In this document: in pieces, positions 29,806 through 39,857 of the stretch | How positions within the stretch are numbered: the stretch's first letter is position 1 | Layout: each line of letters begins with the position of its first letter | NCBI GenBank assembly: GCA_038886535.1 | Contig: JAVZXS010000001.1 | Coordinates: forward strand, 192,001-256,000 | DNA from: Candidatus Micrarchaeia archaeon | GTDB lineage: Archaea > Micrarchaeota > Micrarchaeia > CABMEP01 | Direction: 5' to 3' | DNA: 64,000 bases | Made by a program: the position numbers and the translations under genes | The notes under the pieces: generated by a model | Database searches by the model: none | What the model saw: only the letters and a program-made list of their open reading frames with translations | Told to the model about the DNA's origin: nothing

Positions 29806-30687
29806 ATGAAGGCATTAGATATTGTTTTGATTTTGTTTCTGTTGGCGCAGCTAATTTCGTTAGGCGTTGGCGTTCTTCTTATTGAGGGAGCGAAAACAAA
29901 TCCGGCTCTTTCTGCATTGAACATTGCTCCAGACGAATCTTATTCAATATCAAATTCGTTCTATCTTTTAATCTCAATTCTTATAGGTGCAGCTTTGATA
30001 CTAATTCTATTATTAATGCCTTTCAAAAAATACTTGATACTCATAGTTGAATTTATCTCAGCTATGTTTGCTTCATTCGTCGTCTTTTTCGTTTTCCTAT
30101 CTGCATTTAATATAAGCTATGCAGATTTTATAGCACTTATACTTTCTTTATTATTGTTTATATTAAGGATGGTTTTCATTTCTTTCAGGAATCTTCTTGC
30201 AATAATTGCGGCAGCAGGCATAGGTGCAGTGATCGCATTCTCAATTGATCCGATTCCTTTATTTATATTCGTTATCTTACTTGCAATTTATGATATACTC
30301 GCTGTAAGATGGACGAAGCATATGGTAAAGTTCGCCCAGTACTTTATGAAAGAGAAGACATCTTTTTCAATTGGATTTGAAGGAATAAGACAAATAAAGG
30401 TCAGGGAAGAAGGAAAGATAATAACTAAGGAACAGCCTTGGCATATCGAACTGGGAACAGGTGATGCTGCTGTTGCGTCCATGATAACAGTAGTATCTTA
30501 TAAGCTTGGAGGCTTAATCTTTCCAACTGTTTCAATGCTTGCTGCAACATTTGGACTTTATCTAGTTTTTGTTAATGCAGCCAGAAGGAAAGAGATAATG
30601 CCAGCCCTACCATTCATTGTTGGAGCATCACTCATTGCAATATTAATAGTTTCAGGATTGCTGAGTATATTAAATATATCTTTTTAA
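29806..30687 (+). CDS. Presenilin/SPP-like GxGD intramembrane aspartyl protease
   Basis: Multi-TM protein with YDILAV, LGTGD and PALPF motifs. Confidence 0.88.
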   Translation: MKALDIVLILFLLAQLISLGVGVLLIEGAKTNPALSALNIAPDESYSISNSFYLLISILIGAALILILLLMPFKKYLILIVEFISAMFASFVVFFVFLSAFNISYADFIALILSLLLFILRMVFISFRNLLAIIAAAGIGAVIAFSIDPIPLFIFVILLAIYDILAVRWTKHMVKFAQYFMKEKTSFSIGFEGIRQIKVREEGKIITKEQPWHIELGTGDAAVASMITVVSYKLGGLIFPTVSMLAATFGLYLVFVNAARRKEIMPALPFIVGASLIAILIVSGLLSILNISF

Positions 30688-30786
30688 TTTACTTTGCTTA
30701 AATAAATGCAGCAGCACGGTAAGGCTTATTCTTTATAAACCTTCATAACAATATTATAATACTGTAAATATTTAGTTTGTGATTTT

Positions 30787-31209
30787 ATGAGCATCGATGT
30801 AAATGATTATGAAAAATTGCTAGATAAGGCATATTCAGAACTTCCAGAAAAAAGAGTTACAAAAGAACGTTTAGAAATTCCACTTCCAGAGACGCTTGTT
30901 CAAGGAAATAGGACTATAGTAAAGAATTTTGAATCAATAACCAACAAGATGAGAAGAGATCCAAGGCATGTTGGAAAGTTCCTTGCAAAGGAATTGGCAA
31001 CAAGTTTTAATATAGAAGGAGGAAAGCTTGTCTTAAATACAAAAGTTAATGATAAGCTCTTAAATGAAAAGCTCAAGCAATACATGGAGATATTCCTCTA
31101 CTGCAAGCAATGCAAGCTTCCAGATACAAGGTTAGAAGAGGTTGAAAGAGGCCTTATGTTAATGGTTTGCGAAGCATGCGGTGCTCGTTCGTCAGTTCCA
31201 AAAGTCTGA
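30787..31209 (+). CDS. eif2b: Translation initiation factor 2 subunit beta
   Basis: YEKLLDKAY, GNRTIVKNF, CKQCKLPDT..CEACGA. Confidence 0.95.
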   Translation: MSIDVNDYEKLLDKAYSELPEKRVTKERLEIPLPETLVQGNRTIVKNFESITNKMRRDPRHVGKFLAKELATSFNIEGGKLVLNTKVNDKLLNEKLKQYMEIFLYCKQCKLPDTRLEEVERGLMLMVCEACGARSSVPKV

Positions 31210-31252
31210 TTAATTATATTTATTAGTTTATTTCATTTAATATGGTGGTTTA

Positions 31253-31558
31253 TTGACAGAACAAAATCAAGGAGAACAGGTACTTAGAGTTAGAACGCCT
31301 AAAGATAAGGAGGTTTTGGGCCTTATTATCGGAAGAGTAGGTGGAAGTAGATTCATAGTGTTATGCTCAGATAAGAAAGAAAGACTTTGCAGGGTGCCAG
31401 GAAAAATAAAACATGACATCTGGGTTAAGGAAGGGGATTATGTTATAGTAGAGCCATGGGCAATTGAGAGCGATAAGAAAGGAGACATAATTTGGAGATA
31501 TACAAAGATTCAAGCAGATTGGCTTAGAAGACACGGATTTTTGAAGGATCTCGAATAA
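31253..31558 (+). CDS. eif1a: Translation initiation factor 1A
   Basis: RLCRVPGKIKHDIWVKEGDYVIVEPW, KGDIIWRY. Confidence 0.95.
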   Translation: MTEQNQGEQVLRVRTPKDKEVLGLIIGRVGGSRFIVLCSDKKERLCRVPGKIKHDIWVKEGDYVIVEPWAIESDKKGDIIWRYTKIQADWLRRHGFLKDLE

Positions 31559-31598
31559 TCTCATATCTTTGTTTCCTATTGTTAGATTTGGGATGATT

Positions 31599-32402
31599 AT
31601 GCCTCTTGATGAATTCGAATTTTTAGATAAGGCAATAAAAGCAAAGAAAGAAAAGAAAAAGATCGAGAGTGAAGTTTTTGATCCGAAGGTTTTAGACATC
31701 TTGATTCATCTTTTAAATAACAAGTATATAGAGAGCATAGACTTTCCAATTTCAAAAGGAAAGGAAGCATATGTTTTCAGAGCAACTAAGGGAAGCAAAC
31801 TCCTGAATCAAGATTTAAAGAAGAAAAAGTCTAAGTTTGCTGCTTTAAAGATATATATGATAGAAACATCTGACTTTAAGCACATGCAGAATTATATAAG
31901 AGGGGATCCAAGATTTAGAAAAGTACCGCATTCCAAGAAAGAGATAGTATATGAATGGACTAAAAAGGAATTTAGGAATCTAAGACTTTGCTATGAAGAG
32001 GGAATAAGTGTTCCAGAGCCATATTACTTTAGAAATAATGTTCTTTTAATGGATTTTATAGGAGATGAAAACGGCACTCCAGCCCCTTTGCTTAAAAAAG
32101 TAGGACCGCCAGAGCCAAAGAAAAATTTCAATCAAATAATAAAGGAAATAAAGAAGCTTTATTCGATTGGACTTGTACACAGTGATCTAAGCGAATACAA
32201 CATTCTTGTAACTACAGATTCAGAAGGGAAAAAAAGTAAGCTACATATAATAGATGTGGGACAAACTGTGTTATTAGATCATCCAATGGCTAACGAATTT
32301 TTTGAAAGGGATATTAGAAATCTAGTAAGATATTTCTCAGAATTTGGTGTTAAGGCAGATGCAGATAAAATAATAAAAGAGATAAAAGAAACAAAAAGAT
32401 AG
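31599..32402 (+). CDS. rio1: RIO1 family kinase/ATPase
   Basis: ISKGKEAYVF, VHSDLSEYNIL, IIDVGQ; adjacent to aIF1A as is usual. Confidence 0.93.
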   Translation: MPLDEFEFLDKAIKAKKEKKKIESEVFDPKVLDILIHLLNNKYIESIDFPISKGKEAYVFRATKGSKLLNQDLKKKKSKFAALKIYMIETSDFKHMQNYIRGDPRFRKVPHSKKEIVYEWTKKEFRNLRLCYEEGISVPEPYYFRNNVLLMDFIGDENGTPAPLLKKVGPPEPKKNFNQIIKEIKKLYSIGLVHSDLSEYNILVTTDSEGKKSKLHIIDVGQTVLLDHPMANEFFERDIRNLVRYFSEFGVKADADKIIKEIKETKR

Positions 32403-32417
32403 TTTTTAGTTATTTCT

Positions 32418-32738
32418 TTATTTTTTTAACCTCATTATTGCCTCTGCAACATCACCATTACTTTCTTCTAACGCCTTCCTTGCGGTTTCTTCATCTACTC
32501 CCGCTTGATTAGATACTAATTCTATATCTTCTTTTGACACCATCATTTCTTCTTTTATTTCTTCAGCACTTATCTGGAAAGAGATATCTCCTTTTGCATT
32601 TATCTTTATTATTTTTGGATTGTTAAGAATTATCTTTTTGTCATCCTGTTCAATTATAACTCGATTTGCAGATATTTCTTCCGTATCAATTCCCATCTGT
32701 TTCATCATTCTTTGAAGTTGTCTTGGATCTATTTGCAT
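32418..32738 (-). CDS. nac: Nascent polypeptide-associated complex protein
   Basis: DPRQLQRMMKQMGI; C-terminal UBA EDIELV..QAGV..ETARKALE..NGDVAEAIM. Confidence 0.93.
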   Translation of the reverse strand: MQIDPRQLQRMMKQMGIDTEEISANRVIIEQDDKKIILNNPKIIKINAKGDISFQISAEEIKEEMMVSKEDIELVSNQAGVDEETARKALEESNGDVAEAIMRLKK

Positions 32739-32816
32739 ATAATCACTTGCTTATAAATTATTTATGAAGGTTAAAAAACTTTTACTCTTATTTATATAGT
32801 ATCAATTCTTTTTGTT

Positions 32817-32887
32817 GCCAGGTTGGCAGAGCGGCGATGCACCCGCCTGCAGAGCGGGAAAGGGGGGTTCGACTCCCTCACCTGGCT
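32817..32887 (+). tRNA. tRNA-Cys(GCA)
   Basis: GCCAGGT..CCCGC-CT-GCA-GA-GCGGG..TTCGACT..ACCTGGCT; TTTATATA promoter about 20 nt upstream and a T-tract downstream. Confidence 0.95.
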
Positions 32888-32930
32888 TTTTCTTCTTGTA
32901 AGTTACTCAATTTATTCTATAGGTTTAGTT

Positions 32931-33254
32931 ATGGAAAAAGAGATGAATCACGTTTCAAACAAAATAAAAGCTAGAATAATAGTTTCTGGTTCTGTTCAGG
33001 GCGTAGGATACCGATTTAGGACAGCAAGGCAAGCTCGAAAATTAGGAATAAGAGGTTTTGTAAGAAATCTAGATAATAATGATGTTGAGATTTTTTGTGA
33101 AGCCGATTCAAAGGAGCAGTTCGATGAATTTATAAGACAGATTTCTTTGAATGAATTTTTAATAGTAGTCGAAGAAGTTAAGGTTTTCTTTCCTTCAGAT
33201 AAAAATTATATCGATTATAAGTTAAAAGAAGATCTATTCTACATTGAATACTGA
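32931..33254 (+). CDS. acyP: Acylphosphatase
   Basis: VSGSVQGVGYR and GFVRNLDNNDVEI; start moved downstream of tRNA-Cys. Confidence 0.88.
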   Translation: MEKEMNHVSNKIKARIIVSGSVQGVGYRFRTARQARKLGIRGFVRNLDNNDVEIFCEADSKEQFDEFIRQISLNEFLIVVEEVKVFFPSDKNYIDYKLKEDLFYIEY

Positions 33255-33337
33255 TTTTTTTTAATTATAATACCCGAAAAGTTTTTATATGTGTTTTGTT
33301 TCTTTATCAGTGTTATTTAAATTTTAGTGGTGGTAAG

Positions 33338-34174
33338 ATGGAAAACTTTAAAAAGGTAAAAGAGGAGAGATCTGAAAAAGAGATTGAATCATTTAAAGAC
33401 ATGAAAAAAGATGACATCTCTAAAATAGAGGATTATGATGAAAAAAGAGATCAAAAGCTGTGGGACTTCTATTACGCAATTGTAGACAATGATATAAAAA
33501 CGATAAAGGAATTTTTAAAGGAAGGTTTTAGTCCTAATGAAGAACTTCCATTTCCATCAGAAAATACAGTATTCTTTGAATCCCTTCCTTATGTGTCTTT
33601 GGAAGCACTTGAAATTCTGTACAATCATGGAGCACAAGTTGTAGAATATGATTCTGACGGAAACGTTTTTCATACAGCTTTTCAAGAATTGATAGCTTTA
33701 GACAGACCCGAAATAATTGAAAAATTGATTGATTTAGGTGCAGATTGGAAGGTTAAGAATTTGGGTTGCTCAATGTTATATTATGCATCTAGCTCCGCAA
33801 GTTCTCTAAAGGTATTTCTTGAGAAAACAGATCTTGATGTAAACGAAGAAGCAGAAGATGGCACTACCCCAATTTACATGGCAGCTGTTCATCATGATAG
33901 AGATGCAATTAAGATGCTATTAGAACACGGTGCTTTAATAAACAAACAAGATAAAAATGGATTCACTGCTTTGCACCATATCTTCAAATCTGATGATTTA
34001 AGAGATGAAAACAAAAGAATAGAAGCGATTAGGCTACTTCTTGAAAATGGCGCAGATCCAAATATAAAATCAAATGAAGGCAAAACACCTCTTGATTATG
34101 CTATCGAAAATAAGTTTCTAGAAGAGGCAGAGGTTTTGCGAAATAAAGGCGCAAAATTAGGGAAAGAAATCTAA
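33338..34174 (+). CDS. Ankyrin repeat protein
   Basis: GTTPIYMAA..LLEHGALIN, GFTALHH..LLENGADPN, GKTPLDYA. Confidence 0.88.
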   Translation: MENFKKVKEERSEKEIESFKDMKKDDISKIEDYDEKRDQKLWDFYYAIVDNDIKTIKEFLKEGFSPNEELPFPSENTVFFESLPYVSLEALEILYNHGAQVVEYDSDGNVFHTAFQELIALDRPEIIEKLIDLGADWKVKNLGCSMLYYASSSASSLKVFLEKTDLDVNEEAEDGTTPIYMAAVHHDRDAIKMLLEHGALINKQDKNGFTALHHIFKSDDLRDENKRIEAIRLLLENGADPNIKSNEGKTPLDYAIENKFLEEAEVLRNKGAKLGKEI

Positions 34175-34225
34175 TTTTTCTATCATCTTTTTATATTTTT
34201 TTGCTCATTTTTTATTTGTGATCCT

Positions 34226-35641
34226 ATGCTAGTTTATAATACATTATCAAGAAAACTTGAGCATTTCAAACCTTTGGAAGATAATCATGTAAAAATGTAT
34301 TGTTGTGGCCCAACTGTATATAACTATGCTCATCTAGGAAATCTTCGTGCATTTACATTTTATGATGTAGTAAGAAGAACTTTAATCCATAAAGGATACA
34401 AACTCACTTTTGTGATGAATCTTACAGATGTCGACGATAAAACAATAAAAGGTTCGCAGCAGGAGGGAATCTCTCTAAAAGAATTTACAGAAAGATACAT
34501 CCAAATTTTCTTTAAGGATCTTGAGACATTGAACATAAAGAAAGCAGATATCCATCCAAAGGCTACAGAACATATAAAAGAGATGGTAAATCTAATAAAA
34601 AGGTTGATGAATCTTGGAATTGCATACAAAGGCGCAGACGGTTCAATATATTATAAAGTTTCTGCATTTAAAGAATACGGTAAACTTTCTCATATGGATA
34701 TTTCACAGCTTAAGGCAGGGGCCAGTGGAAGAGTAAGTGCAGACGAATATGCAAAAGACCAAGTTTTTGATTTTGCACTATGGAAGGCATGGACTCCTGA
34801 AGATGGAGATGTTTATTGGGATACTGAAATAGGAAGAGGGAGACCTGGTTGGCATATAGAATGTTCAGCAATGTCAATGAAGTACCTAGGAGAGTCTTTT
34901 GATATACATTGTGGGGGAGTCGATCTGATCTTTCCACACCATGAAAATGAGATTGCACAGTCAGAGGGAGCAACAGGAAAGCCATTTGTAAAATATTGGC
35001 TACATAATGCACATATTCTCATAAATGGTCAAAAGATGTCAAAGTCATTAGGTAATTTCTGGACCCTTAAAGATGTTCTTGATAAGGGAGTAAAGCCAGA
35101 AGCAGTTAGATTCCTATTCATTTCATCCCACTATAGGGAACAATTAAATCTCTCAATGGAAGCACTCGAAGCTGCACAGAATTCAGTCAATAGGATTTTT
35201 GAATTCATGCGAAACCTTGATCGAGTAAAGAATGAATATAATAATCCAGATGTAAAGCAAATTATAGAAGACGCAAAGAATAAATTTGATATGGCATTGG
35301 AAAATGATTTCAATACTCCTCAAGCAATCGCAATAGTATTTGATTTTATCAAAGAAATAAATATTCTTATGAATGAAAAATTATTAGGAATCGATAATGC
35401 AAGAGAAGTAAAGAAGGCAATGTTTTATTTCGATGAGGTTTTAGGAATCCTTGACTATATGAAGAAAAAAGAAGAACAACTTCCTATTCCAAAGGAAGAA
35501 ATTGAAAGATTAATACAAGAAAGAAATGAGGCAAGGAAGCAAAAAGATTTTGCTAAGGCAGATGAAATAAGAAATAAGCTTAAAGAAAAGGGAATCCTGC
35601 TTGATGATACTAAAGAAGGAACAGTTTGGAAACTCGCTTAA
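34226..35641 (+). CDS. cysS: Cysteine--tRNA ligase
   Basis: [40 protein letters not shown]. Confidence 0.97.
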   Translation: MLVYNTLSRKLEHFKPLEDNHVKMYCCGPTVYNYAHLGNLRAFTFYDVVRRTLIHKGYKLTFVMNLTDVDDKTIKGSQQEGISLKEFTERYIQIFFKDLETLNIKKADIHPKATEHIKEMVNLIKRLMNLGIAYKGADGSIYYKVSAFKEYGKLSHMDISQLKAGASGRVSADEYAKDQVFDFALWKAWTPEDGDVYWDTEIGRGRPGWHIECSAMSMKYLGESFDIHCGGVDLIFPHHENEIAQSEGATGKPFVKYWLHNAHILINGQKMSKSLGNFWTLKDVLDKGVKPEAVRFLFISSHYREQLNLSMEALEAAQNSVNRIFEFMRNLDRVKNEYNNPDVKQIIEDAKNKFDMALENDFNTPQAIAIVFDFIKEINILMNEKLLGIDNAREVKKAMFYFDEVLGILDYMKKKEEQLPIPKEEIERLIQERNEARKQKDFAKADEIRNKLKEKGILLDDTKEGTVWKLA

Positions 35642-35716
35642 TCTATATTTTCGTTTTTTCGTTAGTTGCCGAATAGAGATAGAAATATTTATATATTTCA
35701 TCTGATTGTTTTAATC

Positions 35717-36904
35717 ATGGGAATGTGGGAGTTCTTTAAGAAGAGAAAGGAACAAGAAAGATTAGACAAGAAAGATAGAGATCCATTCCAGAATAGGATT
35801 TCAGATTCAACTAATTTCAATACTAATTACTATAATTTCGGCGTACCAAAAGAAGAGAGATATTATTTTTCAAATAATATTCCAACTCCAGAACAGATTG
35901 ATTCTGTCAACTTAAATATACCGATAGATATTTCTAAAATGATAACCACATCTTCAACTCTTGATCATAGGATAGGTTCTATGATCCTTTCAAATATATT
36001 TTTAATTCCAAAAAATATGAAGAGAGTAGAAGATTCTTGGCCTTATTATCATGAAAACATTGAGACTAATAAGAAAATTCAGATAGAACTTATGGAAAGA
36101 AAAGCAAAGGAAGATCTAATTGCATTGAAGGGTAAGGGAAAGAAAGTAAGAAATCAATTCTATCAATTATTAAGAGAAAAAAGAGAGATCATGAATAACT
36201 ATTATGAAGAATATTTAAAGATATTAAGTTCAAATATACAGAAAATAAGAGTAGAAATAATACCTATTGAAAAAGAAATTTCAGAATCAAAATACAAACT
36301 TAATGATATAAAACAGAAATTGAATGGAAATCGGGTAATGCAGTTGGAAAAGATCAAAGAATATAACCAGCTTTTAGATTCAAATGTTAAATCACTCACA
36401 AAAATAAAAGATGCCGTTAAAAATATTCTTTCTTTAAAGAAATTATGGCAGGCAGCACATATAGTTGCATCATATATAGTTGCATTTTTCGGTGCAACTG
36501 AATTGGTCAAGACAGAACAATTTAAATTATTTATCAAAGACAAACTAGCAAAATTTTCATTAGTTGGCGACTTTATATCAGCTAACTTTACCATAGTACA
36601 AGGTCTTGCTGCCGCATTAATCTTTTTAGTTACAGTTGGCATGTATGATAAATTTGTAATCGATTATCTAAAGAGAAGAGCTATTAAAAGAGAAATAAAT
36701 GAATTAGCAAAGAAAGAAAGGGAATATACAGAGGAACTTAATTCTATCGAACAAAAGATATCAGTACTAAAAGAAGAGAGAAATAATAAAGTAAAGTTAG
36801 AGATTCAAAGGACTGAACAAGATCTTGAATTTCTTTATGAAGAATACAAATCTCAAATGTCAGATATCCAAAAGCAGATGTCAGTGTTATTAAAAGAAGA
36901 ATAG
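35717..36904 (+). CDS. Coiled-coil protein with a central hydrophobic hairpin
   Basis: Long heptad stretches flank two hydrophobic segments; no signal peptide. Confidence 0.6.
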   Translation: MGMWEFFKKRKEQERLDKKDRDPFQNRISDSTNFNTNYYNFGVPKEERYYFSNNIPTPEQIDSVNLNIPIDISKMITTSSTLDHRIGSMILSNIFLIPKNMKRVEDSWPYYHENIETNKKIQIELMERKAKEDLIALKGKGKKVRNQFYQLLREKREIMNNYYEEYLKILSSNIQKIRVEIIPIEKEISESKYKLNDIKQKLNGNRVMQLEKIKEYNQLLDSNVKSLTKIKDAVKNILSLKKLWQAAHIVASYIVAFFGATELVKTEQFKLFIKDKLAKFSLVGDFISANFTIVQGLAAALIFLVTVGMYDKFVIDYLKRRAIKREINELAKKEREYTEELNSIEQKISVLKEERNNKVKLEIQRTEQDLEFLYEEYKSQMSDIQKQMSVLLKEE

Positions 36905-36937
36905 CAAAAAATGTATAACAAAACTTTTATGCTTTGA

Positions 36938-38023
36938 TTAGATTTCAATATAGTCACTTATTTTTACTTCAGAAACATCTTTTTTCTTATTTTTATTTTT
37001 TAAATTAGAGATTTTTAACCCAATAAGTCTAATCTTTTTTTCAAATGGATAAAATTCAGATAATAGATTCAATCCTATTTTCTTTATATCCTCTTTTCTT
37101 TTTGAATACTGATCTAAAGTTATACTTCTTGTATGCGTTTCAAATCCTTTGAATCTCACTTTCAAAGTAACAGTTTTGAATTCTACATTCTCTTTTATAC
37201 ATTCATCTTGTAATTCACTACATATGGCATCAATCACTTCAACTATCTCATCCATATTATCAGTATCTTTTTCAAAAGTATGTTCTCTGCTAAAAGATTT
37301 TGGAGAGTATTCAGTTATCAATTCAGAATCATCAATTCCTCTTGCATAATAATATACATCTTCTCCAAATTTACCTAGCCATTCTTTTAATGTTAATTTA
37401 CTAATCATCTTTAAGTCAGAGATCGTTTCTATATTTCTCTCTTTAAGAAATTCACTTGTCTTAGGTCCTATTCCAGGAATAACTCGCACGTTTAATGGAT
37501 TTAAGAATTCGTCAACTTCATTTGGTTTTACTATAGTTAAACCATCTGGCTTATTGTAATCAGATGCAATTTTTGCAATTAATTTATTTGGTCCTATTCC
37601 GATCGAACAAGTTAAGCCCATTTTTCTTATTTCGTTTTTTATATTTTCTGTAATTTTCTTAGCATCTTCGTAATCGCCCGCGTGGCTTATATCAATATAT
37701 GCTTCATCTATACTTGCTATTTCAATCTTGTTGCTGAATTTTTGCAATAATCTCATTACTTTATCTGAAATCTCTAAGTAGTATTCAAAGTCAACTGGAA
37801 GAAATATACATTGCGGACATTTACGATAAGCGATAGAGATAGGCATTCCTGATTTAATTCCGAATTTTCTTGCTTCATAAGAGGCAGTGCTCACGACACC
37901 TCTTCCTTTTCCTCCTTTTGGATCTGCACCTACGATTATAGGCTTTCCTTTGAGCTCTGGTCTTCTCAATACTTCACATGCTGTAAAGAAACTATCCATA
38001 TCTATATGCGCTATTATACGCAT
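36938..38023 (-). CDS. dinB: DNA polymerase IV (Y family, DinB/Dpo4)
   Basis: HIDMDSFF, STASYEAR, SIDEAYID, KPDG; PIP-like C-terminus KISDYI. Confidence 0.95.
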   Translation of the reverse strand: MRIIAHIDMDSFFTACEVLRRPELKGKPIIVGADPKGGKGRGVVSTASYEARKFGIKSGMPISIAYRKCPQCIFLPVDFEYYLEISDKVMRLLQKFSNKIEIASIDEAYIDISHAGDYEDAKKITENIKNEIRKMGLTCSIGIGPNKLIAKIASDYNKPDGLTIVKPNEVDEFLNPLNVRVIPGIGPKTSEFLKERNIETISDLKMISKLTLKEWLGKFGEDVYYYARGIDDSELITEYSPKSFSREHTFEKDTDNMDEIVEVIDAICSELQDECIKENVEFKTVTLKVRFKGFETHTRSITLDQYSKRKEDIKKIGLNLLSEFYPFEKKIRLIGLKISNLKNKNKKKDVSEVKISDYIEI

Positions 38024-38034
38024 TTTTTCATCCT

Positions 38035-38625
38035 TTATCTAATCGCCTTTAGAATTCTTTGTATTGCACTTATATTAGATAAGATCGCGAGTATTATAAT
38101 TAAATACTGAAAAATAGTCACATTAAACTGTGCTATAATTAAACTTAAAGTGTAAAGTCCTACTCTCTCAGCTCTTTCAAGTATTCCGCCTCTAAGTTCC
38201 TTTTTTAACTTCTTTTCTGCTGCAGCTGATTTTACATATGTAGTTATCATAGATCCAAATAAAAACAAAAAGATCCACGCTTGAAAATCAAATATGATAG
38301 GTTGCCACTGGATAAATACGAGTGGAAATATAAAGAGAAATTCATTATACCTGTCAACTACAGTATCTAAAAACGCACCGAATCTAGTAACTTTTTTAGT
38401 TTTCCTTGCAACTGCACCATCAATCAAATCTATTAAGCCAGAAACAGTTATTAAAAATGCACCAACTAAAAAATATCTATTGATTATGGAAAGAAATGCT
38501 GTAATTGCAACAGCTAGAGATGCAATAGTCCAAGTGTTTGGAGATATATTTAATTTTGCAAAATTTATTCCTATCCATTCTCTAATTTTTTTAAGTGTTT
38601 TATTTTCAGATTTTTCAAAAAGCAT
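38035..38625 (-). CDS. CDP-alcohol phosphatidyltransferase (archaetidylinositol phosphate synthase-like)
   Basis: DLIDGAVAR...GAFLDTVVDR signature; GILERAER. Confidence 0.88.
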   Translation of the reverse strand: MLFEKSENKTLKKIREWIGINFAKLNISPNTWTIASLAVAITAFLSIINRYFLVGAFLITVSGLIDLIDGAVARKTKKVTRFGAFLDTVVDRYNEFLFIFPLVFIQWQPIIFDFQAWIFLFLFGSMITTYVKSAAAEKKLKKELRGGILERAERVGLYTLSLIIAQFNVTIFQYLIIILAILSNISAIQRILKAIR

Positions 38626-38723
38626 TTTATCACTCATATAACTAATAACATTCATTAAGATAGTGTTCACTAGAAATGAAGTTAGAAAAGAAATATAAAA
38701 TGTTTCTTGTAAGAATTAATCTA

Positions 38724-38787
38724 GTGATGATACGAGGTATTGCTGAGCTGCAATTTTGCAAGCCGTGAAGATAAGAGGATAAGCTGA
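38724..38787 (+). ncRNA. Box C/D guide sRNA
   Basis: C box GTGATGA 38724-30, 12-nt guide, D' CTGA 38743-46, hairpin spacer, C' GTGAAGA 38765-71, 12-nt guide, D CTGA 38784-87; intergenic. Confidence 0.75.
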
Positions 38788-38826
38788 TCTTTAAAATCCT
38801 CTTGAATATCTCATGTGTGTGGGAAA

Positions 38827-39849
38827 ATGATCGATTTAAAAAAGTTAGATCAACTTAGATTTGCTGCTAGATATCCATTTTCAAAAACAGCAAAACAGAT
38901 TCTATCACAGGGCAGCTTTAAGATTGATTATGAAAAAATCCAATTTGCAAAGAAACGCGTAATGGAAGCTCTTTTTGAGGATAAAGTTTCAGTTTTGGTA
39001 ATCGGAGATGAATCACTCTATGAGAAATATCTTGTTTCATATCCACTATCAAGAATGATAATTTCACTTTTCGATTCACAAATAAGAAATAAGTTCATAA
39101 ACAATGAAGTCAAGCGTGCATTAGCAAATATAACTGCAGATAATGATGACTATATTGAAGAAGCTAAAAGAGTTGCAAGAGATATGGATATAGAATTGGA
39201 TGGTTTAAAGATATCTGTAGAGAAATATCTTCTCTATGTTCCCAAAACAGAAGAAGGAAGACTAGTTTTTCAAAATCTCAAGGATGGAATGGTATTACTA
39301 AATGAAGCTACATTCATGTCCTTTATTTCAGAAGTTATACGGCAAAACATAGAATCAGGTATCCCAATTCCAAAAGAGAATTTTCCTAAAGAGATATTGA
39401 GCGATATAGAACAGGTAGCAAAGGAAATAGAGGCAGAGGTTAACAGAAGAAGAGAGGCAAAGGAAAAAGTAGCAGTTATGTTTGCGAAGTCTACAGGAGA
39501 AATAGCTCCGTGTATGGCTAAGATTTTAGAAAGAGCGAGAAATGGAGAAAATCTTCCACATTTTGCAAGAGTTGCGATCGCATCTTATCTGCTTAAGAGA
39601 GGGAAATCTATAGATGAAGTAGTTGAAGTGTTTACCAATACCCCAAACTTTGATGAGAAGATAGCTAGATACCAGGTTGAGTTTATAGCAAAGAAGGGTT
39701 ATAATCCGCCTTCATGTCAGACGATGGAATCGTATGGTTTGAGACTTCCAGAATGTGGTTGCCTTGGTGAAAAAGGGCATAAGAACCCAATTCAATACGG
39801 TACAAGATTAATTAAAACAAGCAGATTAAGAACAAGTAAGAGGTCTTAG
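38827..39849 (+). CDS. priL: DNA primase large subunit
   Basis: ARYPF, APCM, NLPHFAR, PNFDEKIARYQVE, YNPPSC and ECGC Fe-S ligands. Confidence 0.9.
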   Translation: MIDLKKLDQLRFAARYPFSKTAKQILSQGSFKIDYEKIQFAKKRVMEALFEDKVSVLVIGDESLYEKYLVSYPLSRMIISLFDSQIRNKFINNEVKRALANITADNDDYIEEAKRVARDMDIELDGLKISVEKYLLYVPKTEEGRLVFQNLKDGMVLLNEATFMSFISEVIRQNIESGIPIPKENFPKEILSDIEQVAKEIEAEVNRRREAKEKVAVMFAKSTGEIAPCMAKILERARNGENLPHFARVAIASYLLKRGKSIDEVVEVFTNTPNFDEKIARYQVEFIAKKGYNPPSCQTMESYGLRLPECGCLGEKGHKNPIQYGTRLIKTSRLRTSKRS

Positions 39850-39857
39850 GTGTTTTT

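Noticed and set aside
32823..32930. N-terminal extension of the acylphosphatase ORF
   Set aside because: It is the tRNA-Cys sequence; the real start is at or after 32931.
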